Positions 22,759 to 36,272 of a stretch of 64,000 nucleotides of DNA are shown here, piece after piece. Position numbers and translations under genes: made by a program. The stretch comes from Camelus dromedarius (Eukaryota). The notes under the pieces are model-generated. The model saw nothing but the letters and a program-made list of their open reading frames with translations. It was not told the origin of the DNA and did no database searches. How positions within the stretch are numbered: position 1 is the stretch's first letter; each line of letters begins with the position of its first letter. Location: assembly GCF_036321535.1 (NCBI RefSeq), contig NC_087437.1:18974001-19038000 (forward strand), in the 5' to 3' direction.

Positions 22759-24084
22759 AATGTTTTCTTCCAAAGAATCTACTGTTTCCCGTTCTTTTTC
22801 TTACCTATTTTTTTTTTAAGATTGAAGTATAGTCAATTACAAGTACAGTCAATCTCTTACAGCATAATGTTCCAGTCATACAGATATGTACATGTATTCG
22901 TTTTCATATTCTTGTTCATTAAAGATTATTACAAGAAATTGACTACACAGAAGAAATTTGTTTCTCTAATTTATTTTTTATATCTTCTTATCTATTTTAA
23001 ATAGAAATCTCCTGTCATGGGAAAGTCAGCAATTCTGCAGAGTGTGTGTTTTTATAGCCCTTAGACTGCTCGTGTGTTTTGTGAATTGTCACTGGCATAA
23101 AGCACCACATCGCTCCCATGTTCGTCTGGTATCCTGCAAAAGGGCTGAATTTCTACAGTGGCTTCTCTGTTAGATTCTCTTGGTTGATCAATCAAGACTA
23201 CAATACTTCCCAATCATGAGAAGACTGTCTTTTGTTTTCTCCACCTGCCTCTTATCTGTCCTTCATATTTTGATTGGATGTTCCTTGCAATCCGGTGTGA
23301 TGTAGTTATCTCTGCCTATGCCTTATGCGAATGGAAATGCTTCTAGTTTACCTTTAATTATGATCCTTTTTGTAGTGGTTTTTAGGGAAGCCTTCTCTTA
23401 TGGAAAAAGTTATTTTCCAGTCTTTCTGATTTTGAAAATTTTGAATTTCTGTCTTCTTTTGGGGGGAGGGGAAGTGGGGTTGTGTTGACTCCAAAGGCTT
23501 TCTCAAATTATTATAAAATTTAGGGTTTAATGGTTTATTGGTATCCCTAAGCCAGCTATGTGGAATGTTTGAGTAATTGGAGTCCATCCAGAACCCTGGT
23601 AAAAAAGAGCAAAAGACAGCAGTCTCGGTGCTTCTTGGACTGAAAAAAAAACTGGATGCCCCTGGGAGGATGCGGGAAGAGAAAGTGGTCTAGGAAAAGC
23701 AGTTAGAGCAAGGTCATTGTAAAGGTTTTATGGATTGGTTGATGGATTGATTGGATTATTGTTTGAAATCAAGTTGCTTTACTGTTTCATAGGATTGTTA
23801 GGTATATAGCCCAGTGATTCAGTATTTTTTTAAGGAATTTTACTGATTATAGTCCATTACCACTAGTGACAAAGTCATGGTTACAATTCCCTGTTTTCAC
23901 GTTAGATTTATGTTGCTTATCAATTATACATCTAATAGTTGGTATTTTTTATTCCTTATTTATTTTTCCTCTCCCCCTGGGTATATAATAGTTTGTTTTC
24001 TGTAACTGTGATTTTTTTTTCAGCATTGCTTATGCATTTGTTTCTGTTACTTTTTACATTCTGCTTATAAGAATGTTTTGATTT

Positions 24085-26193
24085 AACAGCTTTAGAGAAG
24101 GGAATAACATTCCCCAGTTTCAATGAACAGCTAATTTTGATTCCATTTAAGGATGAGTCCAAACAAAACTCTCATGTAAAAGTTGCTTCATTAAACTTCT
24201 GTGGCCAAAGATAATTACCAGTTTGCAAAACAGCAACTAGATTCATTTCTCTATGAATTTATCTAGTTCCCTTTCTATCTAGATCTCCCTCTGTTCTCCT
24301 GCCATTCTTTCTCCTCTGAACTTCCACTGACTCCTGTTTCCAATTCTCCTTGTCCAGGTCCCCTACCCTTTTCCCATCAAACCTCCAAAGAACCCCAAGT
24401 TGCCTGCTGTCTCTTAAAATTCACCCCCATGCCTCAGGTATTTATACAACTGTAGAGTTTAGACTTTGTACCTGAACTGAATTAGGAGCTATTGACAAAA
24501 TTTCACTATATTCAAAGACCAGCTAATATTTATAGGAGAATTTAGAATTATTTTAGGTGCATAAGACCCAGAATTACCTGATGCATATCACTCATACACA
24601 TATTGGTCAGAACTGCAGATGCTAATTTCCTGATGGTAATGCAGATTGAACTGACTCAGGAAAGGATCTACAGGATCTCTCTCACCACAGTATACCTAAG
24701 GGTCCAGCAACAAGCCTGAAAAGTTGGATAAAGTCTCCTAAAAACCATACCTGAAACATTTCCAATAAAAAGCAATACAACTCCTACTCTTTCTATATTA
24801 ACCCCTGCCATTTTGGCTGACCCTCTTCAGTGGTTTAAATGTACCACACGGATGACCAGTATTTCAAATAACTCACAGATTTCCTTTATTTACCAACCTT
24901 TAAATGTAATCTTTTAGCCATTTGACTGGAAACATTCCTCCTACTCCGTGACAACACACTTACAAATATATCAAAGTAGAACTTACTTTAGACATCAAAT
25001 TGTTATATTAAAAGAACACTAGAGGGACTATTTATTGAGGTTTCAGAGGACTTGTCTATTCATAAGCAATTGTCTCTTCTGAATATACCTTTGCATTCCC
25101 CACTGTATTTAACACATACCTCAGGTCAAGATCTTGACACCATATCTGACCCTCTATGGGCTAGAGATTTTACTGACATAGAACAATGGGAGAAGAAACT
25201 GTTTAGATACGTTTTACAAACCATTACCCAAACTTTCCCCAGTACCCCCTTGAAACCAAAGGAAATGCTCAAATGTATAGTCAAATGCCTGATACACAAA
25301 GGTCTTCCCATCCACTGCCCTCATAACACTCCCATCTTGTAAGAAGAGTAACCAAACAGACAAGGGTGTTGATTTGTTCAAGACCTTAAGGTCATCGGCA
25401 AAACAGGTGTTCTTACTTCCTGACAGAAATTAACTCATATACAAGCCTATCTTCAATTCCACCTGAAGCCACTTGCTTCACTCCAATGAATCTTTGCTCT
25501 GCCTTTTTCCAATGTGCTTCTAGACCAAGACAGCCAATACCTTTTTGCCTTCACCTGGTGAACGATATCCCTGGACAGTCATGTCCCTGGAGCACACGGG
25601 AGCCCCTTCCTATTTCCCCCGGTCCTCGATCAAGACTTAAAAGGTCTACATTTCCCTTGTGATTCATTTCTTAACACAATATGGAAGATAATCTCCTACT
25701 TTGTTCAAAGAACAAGGAAGCCTATAAAAGGATTCCATTGACTTGCCCCAGCCTTAGCAATCAAGAGACATAAACTTTCAGAAATAAGTTATAGTTTTGC
25801 CAAAATACATTATTGAGGGTGAGATCCATCTCAGGAAGGAAAAACATTCTCTCTTGATAGACTAAAGACTATCCAAACATATCCTGGACTCCCCACAAAA
25901 CACAATTAAGAGTATTTCTAGTATTAACTGAATATTGCAGACAATGAGTGCCAAGTTTTACCAAGATTGAAACACCTCTTTATGAATTGACCTAAGTCCT
26001 CAGTCAGAGATCCTCTTCTGGCGAATTCCAGTGTGAAGAGGACGTCTGTAAGCCGAAGAAGCCTACTCAACGGCCCTTTTCTCTAGTTACTCCTAACTAC
26101 TAAAAGCTCTTATGTTTATTTGTGCATAAGCAATCTGACAAGCCCTCAAGTTTTTAACTCACCTGGATGAGAACTGGTGAAAACTCTTTGCTC
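24085..26193 (+). mobile_element. Decayed ERV gag-pro-pol (RT) segment, left arm
   Basis: RT-like remnants (CPHNTPIL, SQYLFAFTW, degenerate QYxDDLLL at ~25677); inverted homolog at 40173-42260. Confidence 0.8.
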
Positions 26194-26194
26194 C

Positions 26195-27240
26195 CAAGAA
26201 TTACTCAGACATAAAAAAGAATGAAATTTTGTAATTTTCCAAAATGTGTGTGAACCTGGAGTGTATTCTGCTTAGTGAAATAAGTTAGATATAGAAAGAC
26301 AAATACTATATCTTACCCCTTATATATGTAATATAAAACGTGAAAGAAAGAATTGAATGTAATAAAAGAGGAACAGACTACCAGTCTAGAGGAAACCTAG
26401 TGGTTATCAGTGGGGAGAAAGACCATAAGGGTAGGAGTTAGAGACAGAAACTACTATGTATAAAATAAAGCAGCTTTAAGTATATACTCTACAGTACAAG
26501 GAGTACAGCCAATATTTTATAACAACTTTAAATGAAGCATATTCTATAAACATTGAATCAGTATGTTGTACACTTGAAATGAATATAAAATTATAAATTA
26601 ACTGTTTTTCAAATATAAATATAAATAAATAAGAAAAACTCCATTTGTTGCCCCCAAATCTGTAAGGAATTAAGAACTCTCTCCATTGACAGATGGATAA
26701 AATCTGTGGTTTATGTATACGATGAAATATTATTAAGTGATTAAAAAAAAAGAACTTTGACCAAGCCATGAAAAGTTGTGAAGGAACCTCAAATGCATAT
26801 TGTTAAGAAGAAGCCAGTTTGAAAAACTGCATACTCTATGCGTCCAGCTAAATATATATCATTCTGAAATAGGTAAAAGTATGGAGACAGTTAAAAGATC
26901 TGTGTTTGCCAGGGGGTTCAGAGGGAATAGGGTGAATAGATGAAGTACAAGTGATCTGTAGGGTGGGGAAACTACCCTGTATGATACACTTGTATGCATG
27001 ACATCATGCATTTGTCAAAATCCATAGACGTATACACCACAAAGGGAGAGTGTTAATGTAAACTATGAACATGAGTTATAACGTATTACTATCAGTTTAT
27101 CAATGATAACAAGCGTACCATAGAAATGCAAGATGTTAATAATAGGGGAAACTGTGTGGGAGAGGTGAGATACATGGAACTGTGAGCTGTCTGTTCAATT
27201 TTCAGTAATCTAAAATTGTCCTAAAAATAAATATGTTACT
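26195..27240 (+). mobile_element. L1 3' fragments (L1MA-like, then L1MC-like) inserted in ERV pol
   Basis: L1 3'UTR motifs and A-rich tails; the L1MC-like part has an inverted counterpart at ~39790-40172. Confidence 0.7.
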
Positions 27241-27489
27241 TTTAGAAGGTAAGGAAGAAAAACAATCCCTTTGAGAAGTTAACTTCATGGGTAAGATTTT
27301 TAAAAAATGAATATACATTTTAAAAGTTTGATATCCTCATGATTTAAAGGAAAGGGGAACCTGCTTGATGTACAAAAAATGAGGATTTTGTTAGAAGTCT
27401 TCCAGAGGCAAGTTGCATACATCAGTAAAATGGCCAGGGGAGTGTTTACCTGCTACCTCAACCTCTAAAAACAACCAAAAACATCGCTT

Positions 27490-28525
27490 CTAATACTCTC
27501 ACCCTTGACCCCTTTGGAAAGTTTTATCCCATTTGTCATAGAGCAACAGCTGTCTGCAAAACTTGTTGATGCTTCTGCTGAATGAGTTCTAGCCTTCTTA
27601 TTTGATTTTATTGTTCTTCATTCAATACAGACATTATTGATGACAGAACACACACTTTTCAACCAGCCGATTAATATTTTCCAAAATACTATTACTTTCT
27701 CCCTCTCATATTACTATTCTTCACTACAACACTCTTAATCCAGCCACTCTCCCAGCTCTACCAAAAGAAGGGGAGACTCATGATTGTCTTACTTCAGTTA
27801 GGAAACTCTCTGTACTTGACTCAAATTTACTAGAGACTCCTACTGAGACCCTGACCTAATATTATTTGTTGATGGATCATGTCTCAAAACTGAAACTGGA
27901 GGTTATCAAGCAGACTATTCTATCAGTAATCTAAACTCTCCTTTAGTATATAGTCTCCTACCTGAGGTAAAATCAGCCCAGATAGCAGAACTTATTGCAC
28001 TTACTACAGCTTGTCTACCAGCCAGGCCAGGAATTAAACATATACACATAGCAGGTGTGCTTTTGGTGTAGTACATGACTTCGGGCTGCTTTGGAAACAA
28101 AGGGAGTTTCTTGCCTCTGCTGTTCTTGCCTCAGAAGTGAACAAGTTAAGGAACTTCAAGATGTACTTCTGCTTCCTTGAGGTGGCTACGGGAAAGGCTG
28201 AACCCCAAGCAGAAGGAGACAATATGGAAGTTAAGATGCTCTAGCAGATCATTATGCCAAACAAGTAAACTTATCCAAAGTTAAATTTCCATAAATCCCT
28301 GGAGGAATTCAAAGCATCCATTTTATTATATTAATGGATGGCCCCTGAAAAAGAAAAATGGAAAAAAATCTTTCACTCAGATAATATGTGGTGCTCTCAA
28401 GAGATGCTAGCTGAAACCATGTGATTTCAATATATATATTGCTAAATTTCTTAAGAAACCATTCATAATGATATAGAAAAATGTGACTATCTTAAATCAG
28501 CATTAGTGGGAAAACCTTTTTAAAA
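27490..28525 (+). mobile_element. Decayed ERV pol tether/RNase H/integrase N-terminus
   Basis: LFVDGS (TTATTTGTTGATGGATCA, ~27862) and KSAQIAELIALTTA (~27970) RNase H motifs. Confidence 0.8.
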
Positions 28526-30039
28526 AAGCCAACTCATTACAATAGCACAAAAAAGAATTAAATACTTAGAAATAACCTGTATCAAGAAGGCAAAAGACTA
28601 TTATGTATTCCTGGCACCCATGTTGAAGATCAGTTTACTGTAAATATGCGGGTCTATTACTGAACTCTCTATTCTCTTCCTTGGGTCTATATGTCTGTTT
28701 TTATGCCAGTACCATACTGTTTTAATTATTGTAGATTTTTAATGTATTTTGAAATCAGAAAATTCTGATGCCTCCATCTTTGTGCTTGCTCAAGATTGCC
28801 TTTGCAATTTGGGGTCTTTTGTGGCTTCATAGGAATTTGAGGATTGTTTTTCCTATTTCTGTAAAAAATGTCATTGGGATTTTGATAGGCATGGCATTGA
28901 ATCTGTAGAGCACTTTGGGCAATATGGATATTTTAACAATAGTAATTCTTCCATTCCACGAACATGGGATATCTTTCCATTTACCTTTGTTTTTTAATTT
29001 CCTCCGTCAATTTTTAATAATCTTCAGTGTACAAGTCTTTCACCTCTTTGGTTAAGTTTACTCATAAGTATTTTATTTTTTGTTCTGTTGCAAGTGGGAT
29101 TGTTTTCTTAATTTTCTTCAGATACTTTCTAAGTTGTGTATAGAAATGCCACTTGTGTGTGTGTGTGTGTGTGTGTTTTGATTTTGCATCCTGCAGCTTC
29201 AGTGAATTTGTTTATTAGTGCTAACAGTTTTGTTGTTGTTGAGTCTTTACGGTTTTCTACCCATATGATCATATATAGATAGAAGTAATTGTACCTCTTC
29301 TTTCTGATTTGGATTCCTTTTATTTCTTTTTCTAGTTTGATTGCTTTGGCTAGAATTTCCCATACTGTGTTGAAGAGAAGTGGTGAGGATGGGCATCCTT
29401 GTTTTGTATGGGATCTTTGAAGAAGAGCTTTCAGTTTTCCTCCATTGTCTGTGATACTAGCTGTGGAGTTTTCATATATCATCTTTATTATGGTAAGGTA
29501 AGTTCCTTCTATATCTATATTGTTAATATTTTTATCATGAATAGATGTTTAGCTTTTTCAAATTATTTCAAATATTCTGCATTTACTGAGCTGACCCTGT
29601 GGTTTTTAATCTTTCATTCTGTTAATCTGGTGAATCACATTGATTGATTTGGATATGTTGAACTGTCTTTGCATCCCAGGGATAAACCCCAATAGTCATG
29701 GCATATAATTTTTTGAATGTGTTGTTGAAGTTGGTTTGCGAGTATTTTATTGAGGATCTTTGCACCTAGGTCCTTCAGGGATATTGAATTGCAGTTTTAG
29801 TTCCTTGTAGTGTCTTTGCCTGGGTTTGGTATCAGAGTGATGGTGGCCTCATAAAATTAGTTTGAAAGTGTTCCTGCATCTTCCATTTTTAGTAAGAGTT
29901 TACGAAGGATAGGTGGTAATTCTTCTTTGACTGTTTGGTAAAATTAACACATGAAGCCATCTAGACCTAGGCTTTTCTTTGTTTACTAATTCAATCTCCT
30001 CATTTTTTATTGGTTTGTTCAGGCCTTTGATTTCTTCTT

Positions 30040-30635
30040 TTTTTTTTTAACTTTTTTTTATTGGATTATAGTCATTTTACAATGTTGTGTCAAATTCCAG
30101 TGTAGAGCACAATTTTTCAGTTATACATGAACATACATATATTCATTGTCACATTTTTTTTCACTGTGAGCTACCACAAGATCTTGTATATATTTCCCTG
30201 TGCTATACAGTATAATCTTGTTTATCTATTCTACATATGCCTGTCAGTATCTACAAATTTTGAACTTCCAGTCTATCCCTTCCCACCCCTCTCCTCCTTG
30301 GCAACCACAAGTTTGCCTTCTATGTCTATGAGTCTGTTTCTGTTTTGTATTTATGTTCTTTTTTTAGATTCCACATATGAGCAATCTCATATGGTATTTT
30401 TCTTTCTCTTTCTGGCTTACTTCACTTAGAATGACATTCTCCAGGAACATCCATGTTGCTGCAAATGGCGTTATGTTGTTGGTTTTTATAGCTGAATAGT
30501 ATTCCATTGTATAAATATAGCACATCTTCTTTATCCAGTCATCTGTTGATGGACATTTAGGCTGTTTCCATGTCTTGACTATTGGAAATAGTGCTGCTAT
30601 GAACACTGGGGTGCAGGTGTCTTTTTGAAGTAGGG
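30040..30635 (-). mobile_element. Young 5'-truncated L1 (lineage-specific)
   Basis: Poly-T tail, MFIAALFPIVKTWKQPKCPSTDDWIKK, approximate TSD TTGATTTCT(T/C)CTT; 3'UTR highly similar to 56390-56990. Confidence 0.9.
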
Positions 30636-32522
30636 TTGATTTCTCCTTGATTCAGTTTTGGTAGGTTGTATGTTTCTAGGAATTTACTCATTTCTTCTAG
30701 GTTATGGAATTTGTTGGTGTATAATTGTTCATAATAGACCCTTGATATTCTTTTCTGTTTTTTTGTTTCTAAGATATCTACTGTAATGTCTCCTTTTAAT
30801 TTATGATTTTATTTATCTGAATCTTCTCTCTTTTTTATTAGTCAAGCTCAGAGTTTGTTGATTTTGTTTATTGTTTGAAAAAACAAGTCAGTATTGTTGA
30901 TTTTTCTATTGTTTTTCTATTCTCTATTTGATTTATTTTTGCTTTAATTTTTATTATTTCCTTCTTTCTTTTAACATTGGGCTTTGTTCTTCTTTTTATT
31001 GGTCTTTAGGTATGAAGTTAGGATGATTTCTTTCAGATCTTTCTTCTTTTTGATGTAGCTTTTTTGCTATAAACTTTTCTCTTACTACTGCTTTTGCTGC
31101 CTTCCATAAGTTTTGGTATGTTGTGCTTTTATTTTTGTTTGTCTTGAGATATTAAAAAATTACATTTTGATTTCCTCTTTGACCTAATGATTGTCTTAAG
31201 AGTGTTTAGTTTTGTTTCCACATATTTGTGAATTTTCCCCATTTTCTTATTGTTATTGATTTCTAGATTCATTCCATTGCAGTTGAAAAGAAACTTGGAA
31301 TGATTTTAGTCTTAAATTTGGTAAGACTTGTTTTGTGACCTAACCTGTGATCTGTCCTGGAGACTGTTCCACGTGTGCTTGAGAAGGATATGTATTCTTC
31401 TGCTGTTGGGTAAAAAGTTCTGTATATGTCTCTTATGTCCAGTTGGTCTCTGTTGTTGTTCATTTATGCTGTTTTCTTATTAATTTTCAGACTGGATGAT
31501 CTATCCATTATAGAGAATGAGGCATTAAAGTCTCCTCATGTTATTGTATCATATCTATTTCTCCCTTCATTTTTGTCAATATTTACATTATACATTTAAG
31601 TGATTTGATATTGGGTCATATACATTTATAATTGTTACATCTTTCTATTCAACTGATCTTATATTGTTATATAGTGATCTTCTTTGTCTCTTAAGAAAGT
31701 TTTGGCTCAAAAAAATGATTTTTCTCTGAAGTGGGTTTAGCTACCCCTGCTGTCTGTGGTTTATCATTTGCAAGGGATATCTTTCTTACCCTTTCACTTT
31801 CAACCTGTGTGTTTCCTTAAACCTAAAGTAAGTCTCTTGTAGACAGCTTACAGTTGGGTCTTGTTCTTTCACTCATTCAGCCATTTTCTCTCTCTTTTTT
31901 AATTGGGGAGTTAGTCTATTTACATTTAAAGTAATTATTGATAGGTAAGGACTTACTGTTGACATTTTTGTTAACTTTTTCTGCCTTTTTGGTAGTTTTC
32001 TTGTTTTTCCCTTCTTTTCTTGTTGTGACATGATGATTTTCTGGAAGCAATGAGATTTGGTTTTTTTCTTTTTATCTTTTGTGTATCTACTATATATCTA
32101 TATATATGTGTGTGTGTGTTACACACACACACCAGACAGACATTTTGGTGTGTTGTTACCATGGGGTTTGCATTGAACATTTTATAGTTATACCAATCTG
32201 TTTTAAGCTGAAACAACTTAACTTCAATCACTTGCAGAAACTATACTTTACCCACCCCTTCACTTTATATAACTGATGGCAGATTTTACTTTTTTCACAT
32301 TGTTTTTCATTACAAATTTCTATGGTTATAGTTATTTTTGCAGTTTTTGTCTTCAAATTTATATACTATTGTTAAAATTGATCTATGTGCCACAATTACT
32401 CTATCACAATATTCTGTTTGTCTTTGTATTTACCTTTAGCAGTGAGATTTATAGTTGAATAGCTTTTGCGTTGTTGTTTAGCAGTTTCTCATTTCAACTT
32501 GAAGAAATTCCTTTAGCACATC

Positions 32523-32620
32523 TTTTTTTTTTTTTTTTTAATGGAAGTATTGGGGATAGAACCCAGGACCTTATGCATGCTAAGCATGCACTTTACCACT
32601 GAGCTGTTGTCCTCCCCATC
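32523..32620 (-). mobile_element. tRNA-derived SINE (Vic-1-like)
   Basis: GGGGATAGAACCCAGGACCTTATGCATGCTAAGCATGCAC with a poly-T tail; TSD-like CCTTTAGCAC on both sides. Confidence 0.8.
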
Positions 32621-34034
32621 CCCCTTTAGCACTTCTTGTAAGGCAGGTCTAGTGGTGATGAATTCCCTCAGTTTTTGATTGAGAAAGTCTTTACCTATCC
32701 TTCATTCTTAAAGGATAGTTTTTTCAAGTAAAGTATTCTTGGTTGGTAGTTTTTTTTTTTTTTTTCTTGAAGTACTTTGAATATATCATCATACTGTTTC
32801 CTGGCCTGGAAAATTTCTGCTGAGAAAACCTGATGGGCTTCCTTGTACATTACAAGTTGCTTTCAAAATTCTTTGTCTTTTGATAATTTAATTATTATGT
32901 ATCTCAGTGTAGACCTCTTTGGAGACTTTTGGGCTTCATGATTCAAGATGCCCACTTTCCTTCCAATGGGAAGTTCTCAGTCATTATTTCTTTAAACAAG
33001 CATTTTGACCTTTCTTATCCTTCTGGAACTCCTATGATGTGTATCTTATTTCATTTGATGGTTTCACATAATCCTCATATGCTTTTTTCACTCCTTGATT
33101 ATTTTTTCTTTTTGTCCCTCTAGCTAGATAATTTCAAAAGACCTCTCTTCAGGTTTTCTGACTATTTCTTCTACATAATTGAATCTTCTGTTAAGCTCTA
33201 CCCTTGAATTTTTCAGTTTAGTCATTGTATTCTTTAGCTCCAGGATTTCTATTTGGTTCTTTTTTATGCTATTCCTTCATTAAAACTTCTCATTTTGTTT
33301 ACATATTGTTTTCCTGATTTTATTTACTTGTCTACCTATCTTCTTTGGTGGCTTATTGAATTTCTTTAAGGTGATTATTTTGAATACTTTGTCAAGTAAT
33401 TCACGGATTTCCATTTCATTAGGGTTTGTTATGAAGCTTTATTAGTTTCATTTTGGTGGTGTCCTGTTCATCTAATTCTTCATGATCCTTGTAGTTTCTC
33501 ATTGATGTCTGTGACTCTGAAGAAGCAGACACCTCTTACAATCTTTACAGACTGGTTTTGCCAAGTAAATAACTTCTCCTACTGGGTCTTCAGAATGATG
33601 GGACTGCCTCTGGGACTCTAGTCAGGCTGGGCTGGAGCTGGATTACAGGGCTGCTTTTAGGGTCTGTAGTTGGGTCCATGGTCAGTGACCTGTTACTGAG
33701 GGCATTAATGGAGTGGCTCTTCCTGTGTCCCTTGGTCAATAGGACTGGTGGCAGGAGCTCAGACAAGTGGAGATGGAGCCAAGTTCATAGAGGGATGGGG
33801 CAGCTTCTGAATCTATAGCTGGTACTACATAACAGTCAGTGGGCCTCCACTGAAGCCTGCCTTGTCAAAGTACCCTCCTTGGTCTTGGGTTCTTACTGGC
33901 GTTTCACAGCCTCTTACCTAGTCCCAAAGTTCCTACAAAGGAGCTTTTGCTCATAGATGGCAGTCCAATCATTGTTTCTGTGAGAGTGAAGTGTCCTGGA
34001 GATTTCTTTTTCTGCTTTCCTATTGACATCATTC

Positions 34035-35003
34035 TTTAGCTGAATGTTTCTAAAGATTGACTTCTTCTAGAGGACTCTGAAGAGACTCAATGTGATGCCC
34101 CCTAGTGGAATAGTTTTTAAATTTTATTGAATTCTGAATTGTTTCTTTAGTTGTGAATATGAACATAAGTATTAAGTTTCTGGAGTTTCATGTCTGTGTT
34201 TATTGTTAACAGTAACTGATAAGGTTTCTTCCAATGAGGTTCAAGAGCATATTTTTAAAATATCTCTTCTAATAGATGAAAAACTCCTGGCTAAAGATCA
34301 TAAAGAGGCTTTTTAGGAAGACTTGGTTGAAAGGTGACTTAAACTTCGGGGGATAAGACTAGATGTATATAGGAGTTGTCTGCAATATTTTTCCATGTCT
34401 ACACACAATAAGGTATAATCTAGAATTGAAGGTGAAATTCCTGAACTCATGGACTTTCCAGTTACCAATTCATAGAGTGATAAACAATGTGTCCCTAAGG
34501 CAGTGGAAAGTGTGGCCTCATAAGATCCAGTAGAAGTACATTTGGCCAAGGGAGTGCAAAGTTTTCTTAAAGTTTTTCTAATTTCAATTTAAGGATGACA
34601 TTAGTGCTATTAACCTCTCTAAGAGATTGAGGTTGGTAAGGACAGTAAGTTCTTAAGTAAGGGGCAATGCCTTAGAGAACTCTTTTACGATGGTTCCTGT
34701 AAAGTATGTCCCTTGGTCACTGATATGCTTCTGGTTGGAAATACAATATCAAGCAGCTTTTCAGCAATTGTGAGAACTGTGTAGATGTTCAGCTGGGAAA
34801 TGATTTAACACATCCTGAAAATAGACATACAAAACCAAAACACGTTCAGATATGGAGAGTGGAACCTGGAAAAAAACCTATCTGAAAGTGTTCAAAGGGC
34901 CCTTGAAACTTTTTTCTTGGCTATGTCCCAGTTTTACAGTTTTTCCAGGATTGTGTTTTTGACAGGTGACACATGACCTGGAAGTAATCTCAGATGTCTT
35001 TTA
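34035..35003 (-). mobile_element. Decayed ERV integrase segment
   Basis: Minus strand reads CVTCQKHNPGK...GPFEHFQ and SDQGTYFTG, i.e. integrase zinc-finger and core remnants. Confidence 0.75.
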
Positions 35004-36144
35004 AATAAAATTGTGGTAATACACATAATGCAAGAGACACATAATAAATGACACATAATATAAAATTTACCTCCCTAACCATTTTAAATGTACAGTTTAT
35101 TAGTATTAAGTAAATTTGCACTATTATGTAACCAGTCTCCATAACTTTTTCATCTTGCAGCTAGCAGTCTATACTTTTTAAACAACTTCCCATTGCCTCC
35201 TCTCTCCACCCCTTGAAAACCACTATTGTACTTCCTGTTTCTCTGAGTTTGACTACTCTAGATAACTCATATAAATAAAATCATATTGTACTTATCTTTC
35301 ATTACTGGCTTAATTCACTTAGCATAGTGCCCTCGTTATTCATCCATGTTGTGATGTGTGTCAGAATTTCTTGTCTTTCTAAGGCTGAATAATATTCCAT
35401 TGTATGCATCTACCAAATTTTATTTACTAATTTACCTTTTTTATGGACATTTGGGCTGCTTCCACCTTTGGTAAATAATGCTGCTATCAACAGGAATGTA
35501 CAAATATCTCTTTGAGATCCTGTTTTCAATTCTTTTGAATATACTCTCAGAGTAGAATTCATGGATTATATAGTAGTTCTATTTGTAATTCATTGAGGAA
35601 CTGACGTACTATTTTCCATAATGGGTGCACCATTTTACATTCTGACCAACAGTGCACAATGGCTTCAAATTTTCCACATCCTTGTTAATACTTGTTTTTT
35701 TTTTTTCCTTTTTCTTTTTTAATAGCAAATGCCCTAATAGGTGTAAGGTAACATGTCATGGAGTTTGCATTTCCCTAATGATTAGTGATGTTGAATATCT
35801 TTTCTTAAGCTTGCTGTCTATTTGTATATTTTCTTTGGATAAATGACTATCAAGTCTTTTGCACATCTAAACATAAGGTTTTAATTTTTTTTCTGTTGAG
35901 TTGTAGTTCTTAATTTATTCTGGATATTAACCATATATCAGATATGCAAGTATTTTCCAAGTATTTTTCCCATTCTATAGGTTGCCTTTTTGCTCTGTTA
36001 ATTGTGTCCTTTGATGCACAGAAACTTAAACTTTTGATGTATCCCTATTTATCTGTTTTACTTTTGCTGTCATATCCAAGACATCATTGCCAAATTCAGT
36101 GTTACGAAGCTTTTCCATTATGTCTTCATGTAAGAGTTTTATAG

Positions 36145-36272
36145 ATTTATTTTTTTTGTGGGGGAGTTGAGGAGGTAGGTAATTAGGTTTACTTATTTAT
36201 TGGAGGTACTGGGGATTGAACCCAGGACCTTGGGCATGCTAAGCATGCTCTTTACCACTGAGATATACCTTC
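36145..36272 (-). mobile_element. tRNA-derived SINE (Vic-1-like)
   Basis: GGAGGTACTGGGGATTGAACCCAGGACCTTGGGCATGCTAAGCATGC; TSD AGAGTTTTATAG on both sides. Confidence 0.8.

Larger units (their letters stand above)
28600..34034 (-). mobile_element. Old L1 5' portion (5'UTR, ORF1, 5' ORF2), 3'-truncated
   Basis: ORF2 peptides KQGCPSSPLLFNTVWEILAKAIK and DIYRTFYPTAEEYISFSS; GC-richer 5'UTR-like sequence at 33540-34030. Confidence 0.85.
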
